From Eledone cirrhosa (lineage: Eukaryota), in the NCBI GenBank assembly GCA_964016885.1, contig OZ024741.1:219976001-220040000 (forward strand): a stretch of DNA of 64,000 bases, written 5' to 3'. The notes under the pieces were generated by a model. It saw nothing but the letters and a program-made list of their open reading frames with translations. It ran no database searches and was not told the DNA's origin. Shown here one piece after another: positions 58,001 to 64,000 of this stretch (position 1 is its first letter; the number at the start of each line of letters is the position of its first letter). The translations under genes were made by a program, and so were the position numbers.

Positions 58001-58622
58001 AACAACAACAACACCCAAACAAACAACACTGACCTAAGAGAAGTATAAATAAATAAGTAAATTAAATTAAATAAAATAAGATAAATAAATACATACACAA
58101 GCACATAAACACACACTAGTCACCCAGCAGACACAACACTATACACACTAGTCACACATCACACATAACACTATACACACACGCAAACGCATGCGCAAAG
58201 AAGACAAAATAAAATAAGATAAACAAGCAAGCAAATAAATAAATAAATATATAGACAGACTGAACAAAAAAAAAAATGGCGTAGACATACAACACAACAG
58301 GAGGAACAATGAATATAACACCACTGACGATGTTGCAGATGTGCAACGAAAGATTTATGTAAATTATGTAAACTATATATATATGTGTTTGTCTATATTG
58401 TATCTGTATTATTTTTGACCGCCGGTCAGTCAATGGCAACATTGAGGACCGAGTAAGTTAGATTGCAGATATATATATATAAAAGACAGCGAGAAGCGAA
58501 AACCAACCAAACAGTGAGTGTGTTCTGTTATTAATTCTGGCAATATTACGCAAATATGACCCTCCCCAAATATAACAATATCTGTTTCGACACACGATTT
58601 CATATAAAAAACCTCGCAAAAC
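55093..58622 (+). mobile_element. Young PLE with ~555-bp inverted arms in (TA)n
   Basis: 55093-55647 is the near-identical reverse complement of 58025-58580. Tail at 58581-58622. HHR-like core CTGACGA-TGTTGCA/TGCAAC-GAAA at ~58324-58351. Confidence 0.93.
55648..58048 (+). CDS. PLE reverse transcriptase / GIY-YIG endonuclease polyprotein (uninterrupted, probably 5'-truncated; first ATG at 55688)
   Basis: PTDKSG, LYGLRKDHK, RPVC, SMDVVSLYPSI, GAAIG, RYVDD, PVLD, CxxxxCxxC linker, VVYSIRC..YIGETAR..RIDQH..LYEH..E..LN. Confidence 0.93.
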
Positions 58623-58675
58623 TATATATATATATATGGATTGGCCGTATCGGTAGAGGGTCGGACGCCTGTATA

Positions 58676-58776
<101 letters not shown>

Positions 58777-59401
58777 AGCTTTGACGGACCCAGCATATTT
58801 ATCAATGCCAGTACCAGTTGTATCTCAGCGCACTCAATGGGCAATGTAAGATACATTACCAGAGTATACACATAGTTATTTGCCTCAACACAACACACGT
58901 GAAACGGGTGCCTATAAGGTTCCCGGACTCGAGTTTCTGCAGCACTAATGCAGCAGTAACGTGCACTGCACCATCTGTCTCCACATATTATGCAACAATG
59001 CACAATCGGCTTATGCGGCTTCATCAGCGGGTATCGGCTAATCAACAACCAATCGATCGACATAATCCAAACACCGGCCTGCGCCGGTCATGACTGTTTG
59101 TGACAACCGACATGGTAAAGCGATTAACTGGCAACCAATAGGACTCTATCTCTCAACTAGCCACTGATTTACAAATTTTACGTGGGGACGGGAAGCTAAA
59201 AAGAATCAATCTATTAGTTCCTGTCAGAAGCACTGAGCCACCGTGTCTCACACACAAATTATCAAGGGGTGAAAAGATGGCTATTAGAAATAGCAGTTCA
59301 CATTGATATAAAATAGAATGGTAGCATCCGGTTCATGTCTCCAAGCCCCATGGCTAGAGTAAAGCGATGGTAACAATGGTAGTGCCAAGAACCTTTAACG
59401 C

Positions 59402-59432
<31 letters not shown>

Positions 59433-59967
59433 TATACAGCTGAATAGTAAAAGCAGAGAAAAATGACAAGGCAACAACAACAATATCAACAACAATAATA
59501 ACAACAACAATAACAACACCAACAACAACAAAAACAGTAACAATATCAATAAAGAATAACAAGTCATATTAATGGAAAGATTAAATATTTTTTCCTTCCT
59601 CTCAATCTGCAAATGTCGTTGAAATATTGTCAAGAAGTAGGATATGGTTGAACAAGATGGCCACACCAATTACCAGATGCCTTTCGGCGGAGTTTATCTT
59701 CGTTACAGTTTGCCTGCAGGAATATTGACGCTGGCAAGGAGAAAGCTAGGCCGTATATATATATATATATATATATATATACGTTGTTCCGGGTTGAATC
59801 GGAGGTAACCACAGTAAGTAAGGTACTCAATACATAGCAGAGTATAACAGTTTTAATATAGATGAGATTCTACAGGACTAGAACTGTTTCATTCATTAGA
59901 AATCATCAGGATGATGATTTCTAATGAATGAAACAGTTCTAGTCCTGTAGAATCTCATCTATATTAA

Positions 59968-60053
<86 letters not shown>

Positions 60054-60076
60054 ATATATATGTACATATATATATG

Positions 60077-60172
<96 letters not shown>

Positions 60173-60251
60173 TACACACACACACATATATATATATTTA
60201 TACACACACACACACATATATATATATATAAATATGTATACATACATACAC

Positions 60252-60302
<51 letters not shown>

Positions 60303-60619
60303 AAGTGTAATATATAATTAAGTATTACATATGATTCAACAATATATATTCTAGTCAGCATATGTAGACAATTTATAATAGAGAGAGAAATATATGTCAA
60401 AGCAAATAAATCCATAACCTCTTCACGCCGACATTTTATTTTCTTGGTGCAATACTTGCTTATATATATTTTTTTTCTGGAATTTAGCTGTGGTGATTAA
60501 CAACCCCTTGTTCGCCATCTCCGATCTCCCTATCTTTACCATATTTTGCATTCTGATTGTTCGAGTGACTAGGCTCTGTGGAGCTTATACTCAGCACTGT
60601 GTTTATTAAGCTCTGAGGA

Positions 60620-61930
60620 TACCTATCAAAAGGTATGGATCAAACATTGTAAGCAAATAAAAACCGCTCTCCCAACACCCGTGTTCCTTTCCTCCCATCT
60701 ACCACCCATCACCCTATCACTCCGACAACATATCCCCCGTTCCTTCCGTATCCTCTCTTCTGATCCCGTCACTTCTCGCTTTTTTCCAACCCCACCCATT
60801 ACTGCTTTTAAGCGCGCCCGCAACCTTCACGACCTCCTGGTTCGCAAATCCTTTTCGTCCTCTCGCACGGCTCTATCCTTGTTCCCGTTCCCGCTGCAAC
60901 ACTTGTCCCTTTATTTCCACCCTCAACCATCTTATAGGCCCTGACGGGTCTTTCCGTATCCGCCATTCTTTCACCTGCATATCCACGCACTTTGTCTATG
61001 CCCTCCGGTGTTCCCTTTGCGGGTCTTTATATATCGGACAAACGGGACGCCGTATAGCGGACCGTTTTGCCGAACTTTGAAAGACATACGACTCGGTTTG
61101 GATACTCCTGTCACCTGTCATTTCTGTTTCCTGGTCATTCTTCCCTACATGTTTCAGTCCTGGATGTCCTTTTACATCATGCATCAAAGGCCTCGCGCAC
61201 AAGGACTGAGAAAAGTCTGACTCACCGCCTTGGATCCTATTCCCCTTTTGGACTCAACTCACCTCCCCTATTTCTCTAATACCCTGTCCATTATCACACC
61301 CGTTGATTCCTATCGCTTTCTCTTGATCATTAACATCTTCTCTTAAAACTAATACATGACGACTATATATGCTCACTCCACTTTTCCCTTCACTGCTCTG
61401 TATACTCACATACACACCCTTATATTAACATACTTTTGCTCATAGCTTCGTACTTACATCCACACACACTCTTTTACTCACATATACACACACCGTTCTT
61501 GGACGTATAATAACACACAAACACACACACACACACATACACACACACACACACAGACACACACACACACAAACACATGCTTATGCCCGTGCTCAAGTAA
61601 AACTCTTTTTACAAAACGTTTTTTTTTTCCATTTCAGGTAGACGTGCTCCATCATCCACTTTTCTAAAAAATAAATCATACACAAAACGCCAGCACCAAC
61701 AGTTTTGCAAGAGATGTCAACATGAATGGACCTGTCATTTTTATCTAAAGACAGTTTTTTCCAATTCCATCCCGCCCGTCCCCTCAATCTATCTTATTTA
61801 TCATTCTTTCTTCTGATGAAGGACTAGCCTCCGAAACGTTAAGACCCTCTGCCTGCTATATCAAGCGTTAACCTAATATATACCTTCCATATACTGTACC
61901 GATTGTGTTGTTATTTCTGTTTACCTTTTA
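60620..61930 (+). mobile_element. 3' fragment of a Neptune-like PLE (GIY-YIG, 3' UTR, pLTR with HHR)
   Basis: PPITAFKRARNLHDLLVR and FTCISTHFVYALRCSLCGSLYIGQTGRRIADRFAE. CTGATGA(61813)..GGA/TCC-GAAACGTTAAGA. pLTR also at 39880-40010 and 48030-48195. Confidence 0.8.
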
Positions 61931-62300
61931 CATACATATATATATATATATATATATACAATACATAAACAGAGAAAGCTTTAAGCGATACTCTGACCAA
62001 CTCCATCTCACTCAACAAACATTAGGATATACCTAAGTATTTTACCAATTTAGTGTTTGGGGTGCTAACTAATCGATATTACGTGGATAGCTGGTTGTAT
62101 TATTTTATATGAGACATTATTAAATAAATATCTCTTTCCTTCCAGACGGCCGTTTCGTTATAAGATTTCTACAATTTGGGATAAATAATTTCCATGTTAT
62201 GTAGAAACTTGTATATAATCCATAGTTTTATACACAAGCGGACTCTTATAAACTCATCACTGGATGCCCAAATAAAATCGATATAAGAATTACATCGACA

Positions 62301-62409
<109 letters not shown>

Positions 62410-62452
62410 CTGTGTGTGTGTCTGTATGTGTGTGTGTGTGTATCTGTATATA

Positions 62453-63152
62453 TCTGATTTATCCAAATTATTGAGCCCTCTGCCACACATGTCGGATATT
62501 GTTTATCGTGATTTCGTGGGCCGATATTCCGATTCTCGATTATTCTACTATATTTAGCTCTAGACCTTAGCTATTGACCAGTTAATTTTATTGATTATTT
62601 TTTTTCGATCTTATTGACTGATGAATAGCTCCTGTTTATTTTAACACGTCTGTTGAGCACTCTGATTCGATATGTGATATTTTGTATTCTTACATAATTT
62701 ACACATCACCGAATTCTTTCGCTAATATAGAGGTTATCTCCCTTGCTGAGTACCATGTGCGTTCTTGGCTATAGGTCTCCTCTTTATTGTCGGACGAAAA
62801 CCCGCTGAGAAAGCTGTTCCGCGTCCACCCCTTCTCTAGAAGTCTTATATATTTTTTATGTGGGCTGATAGTGATTGGATTAAGGGCTAGATTTAACACC
62901 CTTCAAGCGGGTCCGGGTGAGTTTTTTACATTCATTTAATTTATTAATTTATTGATATTTTATTTGAGTGACCCGAATCTTCCTGGTCATTCTTTTTCGG
63001 CTGCACGGGTGATTTTAGGCATGATCTCTATGTGTTGGTAATTTAACGATGGTTATAGCTCTGATTTATCCAAATTATTTAGCCCTCTGCCACACATGTC
63101 GGATATTGTTTATCGTGATTTCGTGGGCTGATATTCCGATTCTCGATTATTC

Positions 63153-63156
<4 letters not shown>
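62453..63156. mobile_element. ~607-bp repeat unit with ~100-bp terminal redundancy
   Basis: 62453-62550 is repeated at 63060-63156. Homologues at 51498-51657 and, inverted and diverged, at ~20670-21115. Confidence 0.6.
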
Positions 63157-63187
<31 letters not shown>

Positions 63188-63191
<4 letters not shown>

Positions 63192-63305
63192 AATCTTAGA
63201 CAGGAACAAAAACAGAGAGGCAGTACAAATATAAGTTTATTAGGCTCACGCTTTTGCGAGGGGGGTGGGGACGTTTCGGGCATAAGCCCTTCATCAGGAG
63301 AAAAG
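63188..63305 (-). ncRNA. pLTR with minimal HHR
   Basis: Minus strand CTGATGA-AGGGC-TTAT-GCCC-GAAAC-GTC (63270-63297). Confidence 0.7.
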
Positions 63306-64000
63306 TGGGTAGGAAGAGAGTTCCGAGGGTGTGTGGGGGAGTAGTGGAAAGACATTAAAAAGGGGGGAGGGAGGTAAACGATTTTAGAAGTACAAATAAA
63401 AATAAAAAATGTGGATTCCGGAGGCTGAGTGTGTATATGTGGGGATACGCACGTGTGTGTTTGTGTTTATACGTGGTGTGGATGTAGGTGGCGTGGTTCG
63501 AAAAAAAATGTGAGTGTTTGTTCGTGGGTAAATTCCTAAAGTAGTTCCGTGGATTGTGCGATAAGATGTTGGATATTTCTCATGTTATAGAGTGGATAGC
63601 TGGACCGATGACCGGTGGTGTGGAATCCATTTGTGGGGGTGCGGAAGTGGGGAGATGTGGGGTGCGCGCTCAACAGGAAGTGGTCAGAGGTGAAGGGATA
63701 GCAGTAGAGGAGGATGGCAGATGATGAAATGGTCTGTATGTGGTGTGGACTGTGTGTCTGTGTGTGCGGAGGTGCGGTGGAGAGGGAAGAGAATGGGTAG
63801 GTGTGAAAGGTGGAGGGGGAAGGTGGTGATGTGGGGGGATGGGGTGTATATTAGTGGAGGTGTTAGGAGGATGTATGTGTGTGAAGGGGTGTAGGTGGAG
63901 CGGGGAGAGGGTGAGGGAGAGAAAAGGTGTTGGGGACGGAGGGGGGGGGGGGGGGGTTTAGTGTACTGGTGTGTGTGTGCGTGTTTGGATGAGTGTGTGT

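Noticed and set aside
55093-58622. DNA transposon with long TIRs
   Set aside because: The ORF is RT + GIY-YIG, and the left arm is an inverted copy of the ORF end plus 3' UTR.

Overview
Eukaryotic, AT-rich DNA with no recognisable host gene. It is saturated with (TA)n, (CA)n and (CTAT)n microsatellites and retroelements. The SINE content suggests an invertebrate, probably an octopus or other cephalopod (inference). The window holds six Penelope-like element (PLE) bodies from several lineages. One has an uninterrupted RT + GIY-YIG frame between ~555-bp inverted arms. There is also a full-length but decayed L1/Tx1-type LINE in (CTAT)n, CRE- and RTE-type LINE fragments, many tRNA-derived SINEs and several minisatellites. 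The dominant unannotated pattern is more than 15 inserts in (TA)n tracts built as head-to-head fold-backs of PLE pseudo-LTR (pLTR) sequence. Most carry a minimal type I hammerhead ribozyme (HHR) motif. Related highlights are a 480-nt non-coding tandem unit with an intact HHR per monomer (retrozyme-like), HHR cores with a compensatory U3-A8 pair, and a 27-bp satellite made of an HHR cleavage-site segment. All folds and clade assignments were made by eye and need computational confirmation.
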